Assembly (NCBI GenBank): GCA_963745025.1
Contig: CAVUWD010000019.1
Location: forward strand, 64,001 to 128,000
Reading direction: 5' to 3'
DNA length: 64,000 bases
DNA from: an uncultured delta proteobacterium
GTDB taxonomy: Bacteria > Desulfobacterota > Binatia > JACPRU01
Below are positions 31,816 to 41,841 of the stretch, piece after piece. The translations under genes were made by a program, and so were the position numbers. A model generated the notes under the pieces. The model had not been told where the DNA came from and made no database searches. It saw only the letters and a program-made list of their open reading frames with translations. Position 1 is the first letter of the stretch, and every line of letters starts with the position of its first letter.

Positions 31816-32088
31816 ATGCCCAGTCTGCTTTCCCGCAAGTTCGGAGCCCATCGGACTCGTGTTCGGAATGGTGGGTCGGGCTTCCACCACGGTCTGTTCC
31901 TTCTGAAGATGCGGATTCACCGCAAGCCACACAGCACGCCGGTCGTCGAGGAAGAAAAGCCCCCAACCGCGCCTGCCCCAGCCGCGGCGCCTGAGAGTAG
32001 TGCGCCGATCTCGAAGCTGCCCTCGGTCAGTGCGCCAGCAGCTCCGCGCGCCGAGGCGCCGCAAGCGCCTGCGTCACCTGCGCAATGA
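31816..32088 (+). CDS. Small hypothetical protein with Pro/Ala-rich tail
   Basis: Fills the gap and overlaps the next start (ATGA). Confidence 0.45.
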   Translation: MPSLLSRKFGAHRTRVRNGGSGFHHGLFLLKMRIHRKPHSTPVVEEEKPPTAPAPAAAPESSAPISKLPSVSAPAAPRAEAPQAPASPAQ

Positions 32089-32456
32089 TCCACTGGCAGA
32101 AGAAGCTCGAGTCGCTGAAGGAGCGGAGCACGTGCCGGATCACGACCCGCGGTCGGCGGACGGGCCGCGAACACACGGTCACCATCTGGTTCGTTGTCGG
32201 AGACAACGGCAGGATCCATCTCGGGACCCTGAAGATGGGGCGCGATTGGCCCAGGAACCTCGCCGCCAACCCAGACGTCATTCTCGAGATCGGCGACCTA
32301 CGGCTGAGCGGCCGAGCGGAGCAGGTGAGCGAGGAGAGCGGGCGCGCCCGAATCGAGTCTCTCATTGTCGGCAAGTATTGGGGGGCCTGGATCGGCTCCT
32401 GGTTCGGCCTCAAGCCGCAAGGCGTGTTCGAAGTCCGGGTGGTCGGAGAGGCATAG
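32085..32456 (+). CDS. Deazaflavin (F420)-dependent nitroreductase-family protein
   Basis: ITTRGRRTGREH..IWF and DWPRNLAANP. Confidence 0.8.
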   Translation: MIHWQKKLESLKERSTCRITTRGRRTGREHTVTIWFVVGDNGRIHLGTLKMGRDWPRNLAANPDVILEIGDLRLSGRAEQVSEESGRARIESLIVGKYWGAWIGSWFGLKPQGVFEVRVVGEA

Positions 32457-32534
32457 CAGCATGACGGAGACATCTGTAAAGGCGCAATGAGCCTTTTGTC
32501 TCCCGCGGTAACCCGAAGCGGGTGGGCCTGAATC

Positions 32535-32999
32535 CTACTTGTAGTACCGGTACACCGCTTCGGCCACGCAGCCGGGCTTCGACTCACCCTCGACCTCGAA
32601 GCTCATGCCGATCGTGACCTGTGCACCGGCGCCGTTGGCGATATCCTCGAGATCGGCGAGCGTCGCCTTCAGACGAACCCGTTTGCCGATCCGCACCGGG
32701 CCCGGATAGCGGAGCTTGTTCAGCCCGTAGTTGATCCCCATCCGGATGCCCTTCACCGCCACGATCTGCTCCATGAGGTAGGGCGCGAGCGACAGCGTGT
32801 AGTAACCGTGCGCGATCGGCCCACCGAACGGCGATTCCTTCTTCGCCCGCTCCGGATCCACGTGGATCCACTGGTGGTCATGGGTCGCCTCGGCAAACTT
32901 ATTGATCTCCTCCTGCCCCACGAGGTGCCAGTCGGAAGTGCCGATCTCCTGGCCCTTCATGGCTTTCAGTTCGTCGATCGTCAGCGTACGTGCCGCCAT
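32535..32999 (-). CDS. MaoC-family dehydratase
   Basis: FAEATHDHQWIHVDPERA, PIAHGYYTLSL and NYGLNKLR. Confidence 0.92.
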   Translation of the reverse strand: MAARTLTIDELKAMKGQEIGTSDWHLVGQEEINKFAEATHDHQWIHVDPERAKKESPFGGPIAHGYYTLSLAPYLMEQIVAVKGIRMGINYGLNKLRYPGPVRIGKRVRLKATLADLEDIANGAGAQVTIGMSFEVEGESKPGCVAEAVYRYYK

Positions 33000-33158
33000 G
33001 GATCCCCCCCTCGAAGCTCGATTATCGCGACTGGTGTTCAATTTGACCCCTCAGCGCACCCTGCAAGAGGAGCATGAGTCGAGCCGACGTCGCAAGTGTT
33101 GGCTATGAGTGCTGGCCCGTGATGAGTGGCCGATCGATACGCTACGGAAGTGGAACAC

Positions 33159-33341
33159 CTAATGCTTGTGCTCGACCTTCTTTCCGTAACTCACTTCACC
33201 CTTATCCACGCGCAGCGAGAAGCCGCACTCGGGGTTCGTGCAGACCCACGCCTTGAAGAGCACCGAGGAACCCTCCTGCCCGTAGTCCGAAAGAGGTATC
33301 AGAGTTCCGTTGTTGCATTTCTGACACTTCGGAAGGTCCAT
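33159..33341 (-). CDS. Small zinc-ribbon protein
   Basis: CQKC...PLSDYG...KAWVCTNPECG; GGAGGGG RBS. Confidence 0.75.
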   Translation of the reverse strand: MDLPKCQKCNNGTLIPLSDYGQEGSSVLFKAWVCTNPECGFSLRVDKGEVSYGKKVEHKH

Positions 33342-33548
33342 CTTCCCCCTCCTTTCCCGGCAGATCGAGGCTGCCGCCCAGCACCAACCGCGAGTGTAGT
33401 GGTGGGTCAGTTTGAACGCAAGGAGGAGAAGGCGACGGGACGGCGAGGAAACGACGTCTCGCCGCAGTTGAGCCGAGCGGCTGGATATCTGGTGCGAGAA
33501 ACCCTTACGACGGATCCTTCGGATCCCGTGGAAGCGCTCTACCTAGAA

Positions 33549-33620
33549 TGCCCCCGCCAAGAATCGAACTTGGACCTGCAGCTCCGGAGGCTGCCGTGAT
33601 ATCCATTTCACCACGGGGGC
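33549..33620 (-). tRNA. tRNA-Arg(CCG)
   Basis: Cloverleaf GCCCCCG...CGGGGGCA; anticodon arm GCAGC-CTCCGGA-GCTGC; T-loop GTTCGAT; CCA not encoded. Confidence 0.93.
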
Positions 33621-33754
33621 AGAAACTCAGCTCCCGGCCTTCCGCCTTGGGCTTTCCGCAAAGAATTCACCCCGTGCTTTGCCGATAGCCGTCGACCGAG
33701 CGCCGAGGGCCGATCCCTACTACATCGGCCGCCGCTCGTCGACGGTTTGACGTA

Positions 33755-34531
33755 TCAGAGAAGCGGCCCGATCAACTCGAGCATCTCTTCGTGAATCCAT
33801 CCGTTCGAGGCGAGCGTCTGCTCGCCGAACGCGTCGAATCGCCCACCGCGGAAATCGCTCACCCTCCCGCCCGCCTCCTCGACGAGCAGCGCTCCAGCGG
33901 CAGTGTCCCAAGGCTTGAGCTTCCACTCCCAGAACCCGTCGACGCGTCCCGCAGCGACCCAGCAGAGATCGAGCGCCGCCGATCCGGCGCGGCGAATACC
34001 TTGCGTGCGCAGCATGAACGCCTTGAAGAAGGAGAGGTAAAACACAGCATGCTCGCGTCGGTCGTAGGGAAAGCCGCTCGCCAGCAAGGATGAGGCCAGG
34101 CTCGCGGTCGACGAGACCCGTAGCGGCCGGTCGTTGAGAAATGCGCCGCCGCCGCGACGGGCGACGAAGAGCTCCTCCCGGATCGGGTCGTAAACCACTC
34201 CGAGAACGGTTTGCAGGCCGCGTCGGAGAGCGACCGAGATCGCGACTTGAGGATACCCGTGCGCGAAGTTCGTGGTGCCGTCGAGCGGATCGACGAGCCA
34301 GAGGAATTCGTGCTCACCCCGCGCTCCCGACTCCTCGGCCAGCACCGCGTGGTCCGGGAACGTCGAGCAGATCACGTCGAGGATCGCCGCCTCGCAGGCC
34401 CGGTCCACGTCGGTCACCAAATCGATTGCGCTCGATTTGACGTCGACACGCCCATGCTCGTGCCAGCGACGCTTCAAGATGCTGCCCGCACGATCGGCAG
34501 CGAGCCTCGCCGCCGATTCGAACGCTTCCAC
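33755..34531 (-). CDS. suhB: Inositol monophosphatase family protein
   Basis: DLVTDVD, WLVDPLDGTTNF, RRAGSAALD and WDTAAG. Confidence 0.92.
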   Translation of the reverse strand: MEAFESAARLAADRAGSILKRRWHEHGRVDVKSSAIDLVTDVDRACEAAILDVICSTFPDHAVLAEESGARGEHEFLWLVDPLDGTTNFAHGYPQVAISVALRRGLQTVLGVVYDPIREELFVARRGGGAFLNDRPLRVSSTASLASSLLASGFPYDRREHAVFYLSFFKAFMLRTQGIRRAGSAALDLCWVAAGRVDGFWEWKLKPWDTAAGALLVEEAGGRVSDFRGGRFDAFGEQTLASNGWIHEEMLELIGPLL

Positions 34532-34719
34532 GGGCTGGTTCTGCCACGGCGAACTCCCCAAGTCCACGCGTCGTTGACAGCCTATCGGGGCGCGGATACG
34601 ATGCATCGTTTCGCGTTGATCGGTCGATGGTTTGAAGGGGGACGGGAGTCAAAATCGAGCGGATTGGCGACGGAAAGCCGTTTCTCGACAGCCTGCTAGA
34701 GTCCAACCAACCCGAGCGG

Positions 34720-34790
34720 TGGGCGGTCGCCAAGTGGTAAGGCACCGGTCTTTGGAACCGGTATCGAAGGTTCGAATCCTTCCCGCCCAG
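34720..34790 (+). tRNA. tRNA-Gln(TTG)
   Basis: TGGGCGG TCGCCAAGTGGTAAGGC, anticodon arm CCGGT-CTTTGGA-ACCGG, GGTTCGAATCC; upstream of prs. Confidence 0.95.
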
Positions 34791-34809
34791 TCATTTCGGA
34801 TATGCCTCG

Positions 34810-35769
34810 ATGAACGAGCGAGCCAAGGACGAGCTGATCCTCTTCACCGGCAACTCGAACCGTGTGCTCGCCACCTCGGTGGCGCACGACCTCGGCGTGC
34901 CTCTCGGCGCCGCCACCGTTCGCACGTTCAGCGATGGCGAGATCCTGGTCGAGATCGATGAGAACGTCCGTGGCGGCGACGTCTTCGTGCTTCAGTCGAT
35001 CTGCACGCCGGGGAACGATCACCTCATGGAGCTGCTGCTGATGCTCGACGCGCTGAAGCGCGCATCGGCCAAACGGATCACCGCGGTGATCCCGTACTAC
35101 GGGTACGCGCGTCAGGACCGCAAGGTGGCTCCGCGCGTGCCGATCAGCGCCAAGTTGATCGCAGATCTCGTCACCACTGCGGGCGCTTCCCGCATGCTGA
35201 CCATGGACCTCCATGCCGGCCAGATCCAGGGCTTCTTCAACATTCCGGTCGACAACCTCTACGCGACACCGGTGCTGCTGCCGTACATGCTCGAGCGAGC
35301 TGCCGGGGAAGAGGTCGCGGTGGTGAGCCCAGACGCGGGAGGCGTAGAGCGCGCCCGCGCCATCGCCAAGCGGCTTGATGCGGGATTGGCGATCATCGAC
35401 AAGCGCCGCCCGGGTCCAAACGAAGTCGCCGAGATGCGCATCATCGGCGACGTCGAGGGCCGCTGCGCGATTCTCGTCGACGACATCGTCGACACGGCCG
35501 GTACCATCGTCACCGCCGCCGCCGCGCTGCGTGAAGCCGGAGCGCGCAAGGTGATCGGTTGCTGCACGCACGGCGTGCTTTCGGGTCCGGCCATCGAACG
35601 GTTGATGGCGTCCGACATCGAAGAGCTGGTCGTGACCGATACGATTCCGCTCCGCCCCGACGCCAAGAAGAGCGGCCGGGTGAGCGTTCGCTCGGTTGCG
35701 CACTTGCTTGCCGAGGCAATCCGCCGCACCCACGACGAGGAATCGATCAGCTCGCTGTTCCTGTCGTAG
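34810..35769 (+). CDS. prs: Ribose-phosphate pyrophosphokinase
   Basis: [26 protein letters not shown] and VSPDAGG. Confidence 0.97.
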   Translation: MNERAKDELILFTGNSNRVLATSVAHDLGVPLGAATVRTFSDGEILVEIDENVRGGDVFVLQSICTPGNDHLMELLLMLDALKRASAKRITAVIPYYGYARQDRKVAPRVPISAKLIADLVTTAGASRMLTMDLHAGQIQGFFNIPVDNLYATPVLLPYMLERAAGEEVAVVSPDAGGVERARAIAKRLDAGLAIIDKRRPGPNEVAEMRIIGDVEGRCAILVDDIVDTAGTIVTAAAALREAGARKVIGCCTHGVLSGPAIERLMASDIEELVVTDTIPLRPDAKKSGRVSVRSVAHLLAEAIRRTHDEESISSLFLS

Positions 35770-35785
35770 CTCGAGGAGAGAAGAG

Positions 35786-36469
35786 ATGGAAATCGTTTCC
35801 GTGAGCGTTGAAAAGCGCGCGACTGTCGGCAAAGGGCCGGCTCGTCGTGTGCGCGCCGCGGGCAAGGTCCTGGGCGTCTTCTATGGACCGAACCAGAGAG
35901 ACGCGATCACCCTGCAGCTCGACGAGAAGGAGTTCTCGAAGAAGATCGCGGTGCTCGAAGGCTCGGCACTGATTCAGTTCGACTCGGTGGCTCCCGAGTT
36001 GAAGAGCCGCATGGTGCTGCTGCGCGAGGTGCAGAGCCACCCGGTGAGCGGAGCGGTGCTGCACGCCGACTTCTACGAGGTCGACCTCACGAAGAAGCTC
36101 GAGGTCACGGTGGCGCTGCACTTCACCGGCAAGGCCGTCGGCGTCGAGGCCGGGGGCATCCTCCAGCCGATCGTGCGCGAGATCACCGTGATGTGCCTGC
36201 CGACGGAGATTCCCGCCTTCATCGACGTCGACGTCGGAGCGCTCGGCATCCACGACTCGATCCACGTCGAGGAGCTGAGGCTCCCCCAGGGAGTCGAGCC
36301 CGTGTTCGACACCAACTTCACGGTCGTGACCGTATCGCCGCCCACCGTGGAGGAAGTGAAGGTCGAGGCGCCGGTCGAAGGCGTTCCTGTCGAGGGCGCT
36401 CCGGCGCCTGTGGCGGAAGGCGAGGCGCCGGCGGAGGGTGGTGCCGAGGGTGGCAAGAAGGGCGAATAG
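35786..36469 (+). CDS. rplY: 50S ribosomal protein L25/Ctc
   Basis: GKGPARRVR, EVQSHPV..LHADF and CLPTEIP. Confidence 0.95.
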   Translation: MEIVSVSVEKRATVGKGPARRVRAAGKVLGVFYGPNQRDAITLQLDEKEFSKKIAVLEGSALIQFDSVAPELKSRMVLLREVQSHPVSGAVLHADFYEVDLTKKLEVTVALHFTGKAVGVEAGGILQPIVREITVMCLPTEIPAFIDVDVGALGIHDSIHVEELRLPQGVEPVFDTNFTVVTVSPPTVEEVKVEAPVEGVPVEGAPAPVAEGEAPAEGGAEGGKKGE

Positions 36470-36484
36470 CCTGGGCGCGAGCAC

Positions 36485-37072
36485 TTGCGGACGAACGTCG
36501 TCGTCGGTCTCGGCAACCCGGGCTCATCTTACGGGCGCAGCCGTCACAACGTCGGGTTCCGGGTCGTCGAGGCGCTCGCGGAGCGGCACGGTATGCGCTT
36601 CTCCAGGCGCGAGTACAAGTCGCAGGTTGCCGAAGGACGGATGGACGGCATGGACGTTCTGTTGATGAAGCCGCAAACTTATATGAATCTGTGCGGCGAA
36701 GCCGTTGGGCGGGCACGACGAGCTCTCGGCCTCGACCCGGAGCAGTTCATCGTCGTATACGACGACCTCGATCTCGCGGTCGGTCGTGTTCGCGTGCGGG
36801 AGGGCGGCAGCGCGGGCGGCCACCACGGAGTCGAGTCGATCATCGAGGCGCTCGGCAGCAAGGCGTTTCCCCGCGTCCGCATCGGGATCGGCCGGCCGGC
36901 GAGCAAGAGCGGCAACGTCGATTATCTGCTCGACGCAATGACGAGCGAAGAAGCCGAAACCCTCGCGGATTCGGTCACACGCGGAGCGGACGCGGTCCAA
37001 ACGATGCTCGCCGAGGGAATTCTCGCAGCCATGAATCGATTCAACGGCAAGCCGAAGGCCGAAGGCCGATAG
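36485..37072 (+). CDS. pth: Peptidyl-tRNA hydrolase
   Basis: VGLGNPG, RHNVGF, KPQTYMN and GSAGGHHG. Confidence 0.95.
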   Translation: MRTNVVVGLGNPGSSYGRSRHNVGFRVVEALAERHGMRFSRREYKSQVAEGRMDGMDVLLMKPQTYMNLCGEAVGRARRALGLDPEQFIVVYDDLDLAVGRVRVREGGSAGGHHGVESIIEALGSKAFPRVRIGIGRPASKSGNVDYLLDAMTSEEAETLADSVTRGADAVQTMLAEGILAAMNRFNGKPKAEGR

Positions 37073-37083
37073 CCGATCTCAAC

Positions 37084-37138
37084 CCAACTCCTTGCTCTCG
37101 TCCGTTACCTTGGCGGGGGCCAAAGACCAGAGGGAGGT
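37084..37138 (+). promoter_or_regulatory. Putative S6:S18 ribosomal leader of rpsF
   Basis: CTCCTTGCTC...GGGGCCAAAGACC...GGGAGG: anti-SD can pair with the SD, as in known rpsF leaders. Confidence 0.55.
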
Positions 37139-37141
37139 TCG

Positions 37142-37510
37142 ATGTACGATTACGAAACACTGACGGTCCTGCACCCCGATCTCGGGGAGGTCGGCGCCAA
37201 GGACATGGTCCAAAAGGTGCGCGGCATACTCGAGGGGGGGCGCGCGGAGATCAAGAAAGTGGACGAATGGGGCGTGCGGGAGCTCGCCTACCCCATCCGG
37301 AAGCAACGCCGTGGCATCTACGTGCTCGTCGAGTACAAAGCGGAGCCGCAAACCGTATGGGAGCTCGAGCGCCAGCTCAAGCTGAACGACCAGGTGCTAC
37401 GGTTCGTCTCGGTGCGCCAGATCCACAAGAAAGCGTTGCCGCCACGCCGTCCGCGTCCCGATCGCGACGAGCAGGCGGGCGATCTCGAGTCCGTCGAGGA
37501 GATGGGCTGA
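37142..37510 (+). CDS. rpsF: 30S ribosomal protein S6
   Basis: YETLTVLHPD, WGVRELAYPI and VLRF. Confidence 0.95.
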   Translation: MYDYETLTVLHPDLGEVGAKDMVQKVRGILEGGRAEIKKVDEWGVRELAYPIRKQRRGIYVLVEYKAEPQTVWELERQLKLNDQVLRFVSVRQIHKKALPPRRPRPDRDEQAGDLESVEEMG

Positions 37511-37815
37511 ACGCCCGGAAGAACCGGGTCGAGCTTGCCGGAACTATCGTCTCGGTGCCCGAGCGAAGGCGCACTCCAGCGGGTACGCCGGTTACGCTTT
37601 TTCGGCTGCGCGTGCCGCCAAGCCCGGACGAACCCGCCCTATCGGGGTGCGTGATGCCGGTGGTCGTGTTTGGCGAGCACACGGTGGGTGCGGAGGTCAA
37701 GGAAGGACGCGAAGTCGAGGTCGAGGGTGCGCTGACGGAGCGACGCTGGCGGGGGGCGGGCGGAAGTCGCCAAAGCCGCTTCGAGATACTGGCCCGCACC
37801 GTCCGAGTATTGTAA
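37507..37815 (+). CDS. priB: PriB/short SSB-like OB-fold protein (probable CTG start)
   Basis: NRVELAG, RRTPAGTPV and VEVEGAL; between rpsF and rpsR; no acidic SSB tail. Confidence 0.7.
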   Translation: MNARKNRVELAGTIVSVPERRRTPAGTPVTLFRLRVPPSPDEPALSGCVMPVVVFGEHTVGAEVKEGREVEVEGALTERRWRGAGGSRQSRFEILARTVRVL

Positions 37816-37848
37816 AAACAATGGTTTAGCAGCAAAGGGGAGGAGCTC

Positions 37849-38145
37849 ATGGAATCGGGAAGAGGACGCGCCGGAGGCGGCGCGAAGCGTCGGGGAAGAC
37901 CTGGCGATGACAAGATGCCATATCGCCGTCGCATGCAGCGGCGGAAGATCTGCCGCTTTTGCGCCGAGCGAATGCCGATCGATTACAAGGACGTTCGCCT
38001 CCTCGGCAGCTTCATCAGCGAGCGCGGCAAAATGATTCCCAGCCGGATCACCGGCAACTGCGCACGACATCAGCGCGAGCTGACCACCGCGATCAAACGC
38101 GCCCGGAACGTGGCGCTGCTGCCGTTCACCTCGGCCACGGTTTGA
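37849..38145 (+). CDS. rpsR: 30S ribosomal protein S18
   Basis: [25 protein letters not shown] and AIKRAR. Confidence 0.96.
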   Translation: MESGRGRAGGGAKRRGRPGDDKMPYRRRMQRRKICRFCAERMPIDYKDVRLLGSFISERGKMIPSRITGNCARHQRELTTAIKRARNVALLPFTSATV

Positions 38146-38153
38146 ACCGCATC

Positions 38154-39113
38154 ATGGTCGAGCAACGAACGACCGCAGAAGCAGCCGTAGGCTGGATCGG
38201 CGTGGCGCGTGCGTCCGTTGCCACGGCGGTGCTCTTCCTCGGGGGGCTACTGTTGCCGATCGGTGGGCCGCTGCTGATGGCGCTCACGCCGCAGCCGGGG
38301 CTGCGGCTGTCGCAGGCCGGCCACGGACGCGCCTTGACCTTCGTCGTCGCGCTCGCTGCTGCCGGGGTGGGTCTCGCTGGCGGCGCGGCACCGGCGGTGT
38401 TCTACCTCGTGAGCTTCGGGCTTCTGACCATCGCCCTGCCAGCGCTTCTCCGGCGCGCCTGGTCGATCGAGGTGACGATCGGGCTGGCCACGGCGGGGGT
38501 TGCGGTGGCGATTCTCGGCGTGGCTCTGTGCATCTCCGCTCCGACCGAGCTTTGGATCGCGATCCGAGCGGGTCTCGAGCAAATGCGCGAGGAGGCCGTC
38601 GGCGTCTACGCCCGCGCCGGTCTCGCTCCAGACATGATCCACGACCTCGAGGACGGAAGCGCCCGCGTGATCGATGTCGTACTGCGTCTCGCCCCGGCCC
38701 TGTTCCTGGTGTCCATCGCCACGGTCGTGCTGATCAACGTCCAGCTCTTGCGCCGCAGCCAACGCGTTCGCGGGCTCGTGCCCGTCTTTGGCGATCTCAC
38801 GCGCTGGGAGTGTCCTCCCGAGCTCGTGTGGATCCTCATCGCCAGCGGCTACGGCTCGTTCGTCGCGAGCGGAGTGCTCGAAGCGGTCGCGACGAACGTC
38901 CTCGCGGTGCTGCTCGTGGTGTATTTCTGCCAGGGGTTGGTGATCGCGCAATTCTACATGGGTCGCTGGCGCTCGCCCCTCTGGCTGATCGGCCTCGTCT
39001 ACCTGTTCATCGTCGTAGAATGGCTGCTGGCGACCGGGGTCACGCTGCTCGGCGTGTTCGACCTGTGGGCGGACTTTCGCCGTTTGAATCCACGCCCCGT
39101 GGAAGAAGATTGA
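38154..39113 (+). CDS. DUF2232/YybS-family membrane protein
   Basis: Multi-TM; YFCQG and LGVFDLWADFRR; between rpsR and rplI. Confidence 0.85.
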   Translation: MVEQRTTAEAAVGWIGVARASVATAVLFLGGLLLPIGGPLLMALTPQPGLRLSQAGHGRALTFVVALAAAGVGLAGGAAPAVFYLVSFGLLTIALPALLRRAWSIEVTIGLATAGVAVAILGVALCISAPTELWIAIRAGLEQMREEAVGVYARAGLAPDMIHDLEDGSARVIDVVLRLAPALFLVSIATVVLINVQLLRRSQRVRGLVPVFGDLTRWECPPELVWILIASGYGSFVASGVLEAVATNVLAVLLVVYFCQGLVIAQFYMGRWRSPLWLIGLVYLFIVVEWLLATGVTLLGVFDLWADFRRLNPRPVEED

Positions 39114-39131
39114 AGCGAGGAGAACCGAGAG

Positions 39132-39593
39132 ATGGAAGTCATCCTGCAGCAAGACGTAGAGAACCTCGGCACCATCGGCGACGTGGTGAAGGTGAAGCCG
39201 GGCTACGCTCGCAATTATCTTCTGCCGCGCGGGCTCGCGCTCGAGGCCGACGCAAGGAACCTCGCCATGCTCGAGCATCGCAAGCGCGCCCTGGCGGCAA
39301 AGCGTGCGAAGGTGCAAAAGGCGAACGAGGCAGAGGCGAGTCGGCTCGCGGCGCTGTCGGTCGTCATTTCGGCGCGGGCCGGCGAAGAGGAAAAGCTCTT
39401 CGGCTCCGTCACGAACCTCGACATCCAGCGGGCGCTCGCCGCACAGGGCTTCGAGATCGACCGCAAGAGGATCCTTCTGCAGGGCCCGATCAAGGTGCTC
39501 GGGGAGCATTCCGTCACGGTCGATTTCGGCGCGGGCGTGCGTACGGCGCTCAAGGTTGCCGTAGTGAGGCAGGAAGAAACCGAGGCGGAATAG
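39132..39593 (+). CDS. rplI: 50S ribosomal protein L9
   Basis: MEVIL, VKPGYARNYLLP and KLFGSVT. Confidence 0.97.
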   Translation: MEVILQQDVENLGTIGDVVKVKPGYARNYLLPRGLALEADARNLAMLEHRKRALAAKRAKVQKANEAEASRLAALSVVISARAGEEEKLFGSVTNLDIQRALAAQGFEIDRKRILLQGPIKVLGEHSVTVDFGAGVRTALKVAVVRQEETEAE

Positions 39594-39608
39594 GCGAGCG
39601 GCGCCGCT

Positions 39609-41267
39609 TCAGCGCGGCGCGAGCAGTCGGCGTCGGAGCGCGCCGGCCAGTCGATCGAGATCGGAGAGCCCGAGCGCACGGCCCGCAAGATAGAAGGTGG
39701 CCGCGCCGAGTGGCACCGTGGTCGCGACCTGCACGAAGTCGCGGGCGAATCCCCGCTGCCCGCGATCCATCCACGCGATCCACGGCCAGCAAGCGAGCCC
39801 CATGACGGCGGTCGCGCCGAGGATTCGCCGGAGATCGCCCGCAAGACCAAGCGACGTGCCGCCGATTCGCTTGCGCAGCAGCACGAACAGCCACGCCGAA
39901 TTCCACAGCGCGACGAGCGACGTAGACAAGGCGAGACCGCCATGGCCGAGCCTGAGCAGCCGCATCGCCGTCCAGTTGCAACCGAGATTGAGGATCACCG
40001 AGAGCGCGCTGACCCGCATCGGCGTCCGTGCGTCGCCGAGCGCGTAGAAGGCGGGTCCCAAGATCTTGATCGCCGCGTAACCCGTCAGTCCGACCGAGTA
40101 GGCGACGAGCGCGATCGCCGCCGCCCGGGTGTCGGCCGCGCCGAAGCGGCCGTGCTGATAGATGAGGGCGATGATCGGCTCGGCGAGAAGCGCTAGACCC
40201 GCGGCGGCCGGCACGCAGAGCAGGCAGAGCAGACGGAGCCCCTCGCGAAGCCTCACGCGGAACGTCTCCATGTCGCTGCGTGCAACCGATCGGGCCAACG
40301 CGGGCAGTGTTACCGTGCCGAGCGCGACGCCGAACATGCCGATCGGCAGGTACATGAGACGAAACGCAACGCTCAGCCAGGAGACCGGGCCGTTACCGAG
40401 CTCGGAGGCGAAGTAGGTGTTGACCACCACGTTGATTTGCACCGCCGCGATGCCGAGCGTCGCCGGCCCCATCAAACGGAGCACCTGACGGACTCCGGGG
40501 TCGCGGAATCCGCCGATTACGCGGTAGTGAAATCCGACCCGTCGCAGGCTCGGGAGTTGCACGAAGAACTGCAATGCGCCGCCGAGCAGGGTACCGAGCG
40601 CCATTCCGATCAGGGCGGGAACGACCTCGTGTGGGGTGGCAGGCGCGGCACCGTGAAGGTGAGCCCACGTCCAGCGGAGGTAGCCCGGGGCGAGCCAGGC
40701 GACGAAGAAGAGACCACCGAAGATCGAGCCGAGATTGAAGAACGACGAGGCCGAGGCCGGCACCAAGAACACCGAGCGCGCGTTGAGCACTCCCATCGCC
40801 ACCGCGGCGAGCGCGACGAGCAAGAGAAACGGAAAGAGAATGCGCGTGAGGATGATCGTCAACTCGATCTTTCCCGGCTCGTCGCGAAAGCCGGGGGCGA
40901 TCCAGTCCACGATCCACGGTGAGCCGATGATGCCGGCGATCACGAGGACTCCGACCACGAAGAGGATGTCGTTCAGCACGCGATTGGCGAGCTCCCACGC
41001 GGGCGCCTCTCCCTCACGCTCGAGCTTTTGCGAGAAGGTCGAGACGAAGGCGGCCGACAAGGCTCCTTCGGCGAAGAGATCCCGCAGCAGGTTTGGGATG
41101 CGAAACGCGGCGATGAACGCGTCGAGCTCGCGGCTCGCACCGAAGAGGCTCGTGAATACCACCTCACGGACGAGGCCGAGAATCCGGCTCACGAGCACGG
41201 CGAGGCTGACGCCGCCCGCGGCTCGCGACAGGCTCGCCGCCGGCTTCGGTGCCGGGTTTGCGGGCAT
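39609..41267 (-). CDS. murJ: Lipid II flippase MurJ
   Basis: SRILGLVRE, AFRIPNLLRDLFAEGALSAAF and FYALGDARTP. Confidence 0.95.
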   Translation of the reverse strand: MPANPAPKPAASLSRAAGGVSLAVLVSRILGLVREVVFTSLFGASRELDAFIAAFRIPNLLRDLFAEGALSAAFVSTFSQKLEREGEAPAWELANRVLNDILFVVGVLVIAGIIGSPWIVDWIAPGFRDEPGKIELTIILTRILFPFLLLVALAAVAMGVLNARSVFLVPASASSFFNLGSIFGGLFFVAWLAPGYLRWTWAHLHGAAPATPHEVVPALIGMALGTLLGGALQFFVQLPSLRRVGFHYRVIGGFRDPGVRQVLRLMGPATLGIAAVQINVVVNTYFASELGNGPVSWLSVAFRLMYLPIGMFGVALGTVTLPALARSVARSDMETFRVRLREGLRLLCLLCVPAAAGLALLAEPIIALIYQHGRFGAADTRAAAIALVAYSVGLTGYAAIKILGPAFYALGDARTPMRVSALSVILNLGCNWTAMRLLRLGHGGLALSTSLVALWNSAWLFVLLRKRIGGTSLGLAGDLRRILGATAVMGLACWPWIAWMDRGQRGFARDFVQVATTVPLGAATFYLAGRALGLSDLDRLAGALRRRLLAPR

Positions 41268-41307
41268 CAGGCTTCCGCCACCGGGGCGGGAAGCCGGCTC
41301 CCCGGCA

Positions 41308-41766
41308 TCAGTAGACGCCACCGAGCTTCGAATGATCCCAGCTCGCGATGCGCTTCGGGCGAACGCGAATGGCCACTCGCTTGGTTGCCTGACGCCGAAG
41401 GATGTCGCGAGCCGACGCGGCGTTTGACCCGGAGTGCCGCGAGTGGATGTCCGCGAGGATATCCGTGCAGAGGTCGACGTCCTCGACGATGTCCGCTTGT
41501 CCGCGAATCATCAGGCCGCGAAGCTCCGCGTAGTGAGTTCCCGATTCGGCGAGCAGCGAGACCCTGGGATTGCGTCGGAGGTTGAGGATCTTTTGCGATT
41601 TGCGGAACGTTGTCATGTGCACGATGCCGTCGATCAGCGAAAACCACATGGCGACCGAATGTGGGTAGCCGCTGGAATCGACGGAGCTCAGGATCAAGGT
41701 CTTCGTGCCCGCGAGAAACGTCGCCTGCTCCTCGGGAGTCATGGCGATCTGTGCTCTGCGGTTCAT
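41308..41766 (-). CDS. Pyridoxamine 5'-phosphate oxidase-like (PPOX-class, probably F420-dependent) protein
   Basis: NRRAQIAMT, GYPHSVAMWF, KSQKILNLRRNP and SWDHSKLGGVY. Confidence 0.85.
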   Translation of the reverse strand: MNRRAQIAMTPEEQATFLAGTKTLILSSVDSSGYPHSVAMWFSLIDGIVHMTTFRKSQKILNLRRNPRVSLLAESGTHYAELRGLMIRGQADIVEDVDLCTDILADIHSRHSGSNAASARDILRRQATKRVAIRVRPKRIASWDHSKLGGVY

Positions 41767-41775
41767 TGGGGGGAA

Positions 41776-41838
41776 GGCTTCAGGCTTTAGGAAAGACACC
41801 ACGAAGCGCTTCTACTGAGCTCGTAGCCTGAAGCCTGA
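41776..41838. repeat. Heptamer-armed palindromic intergenic element
   Basis: GGCTTCA GGCTTTA GGAAAGAC...GTAGCCT GAAGCCT. Confidence 0.75.
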
Positions 41839-41841
41839 GTC

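Noticed and set aside
33549-34790. tRNAs as island integration sites
   Set aside because: No duplicated tRNA 3' ends or integrase nearby; flanking genes are housekeeping.
36193-37506. 540-aa ORF spanning rplY-pth-rpsF
   Set aside because: Alternative-frame read-through of known genes; only its last ~102 codons (PriB-like) look real.
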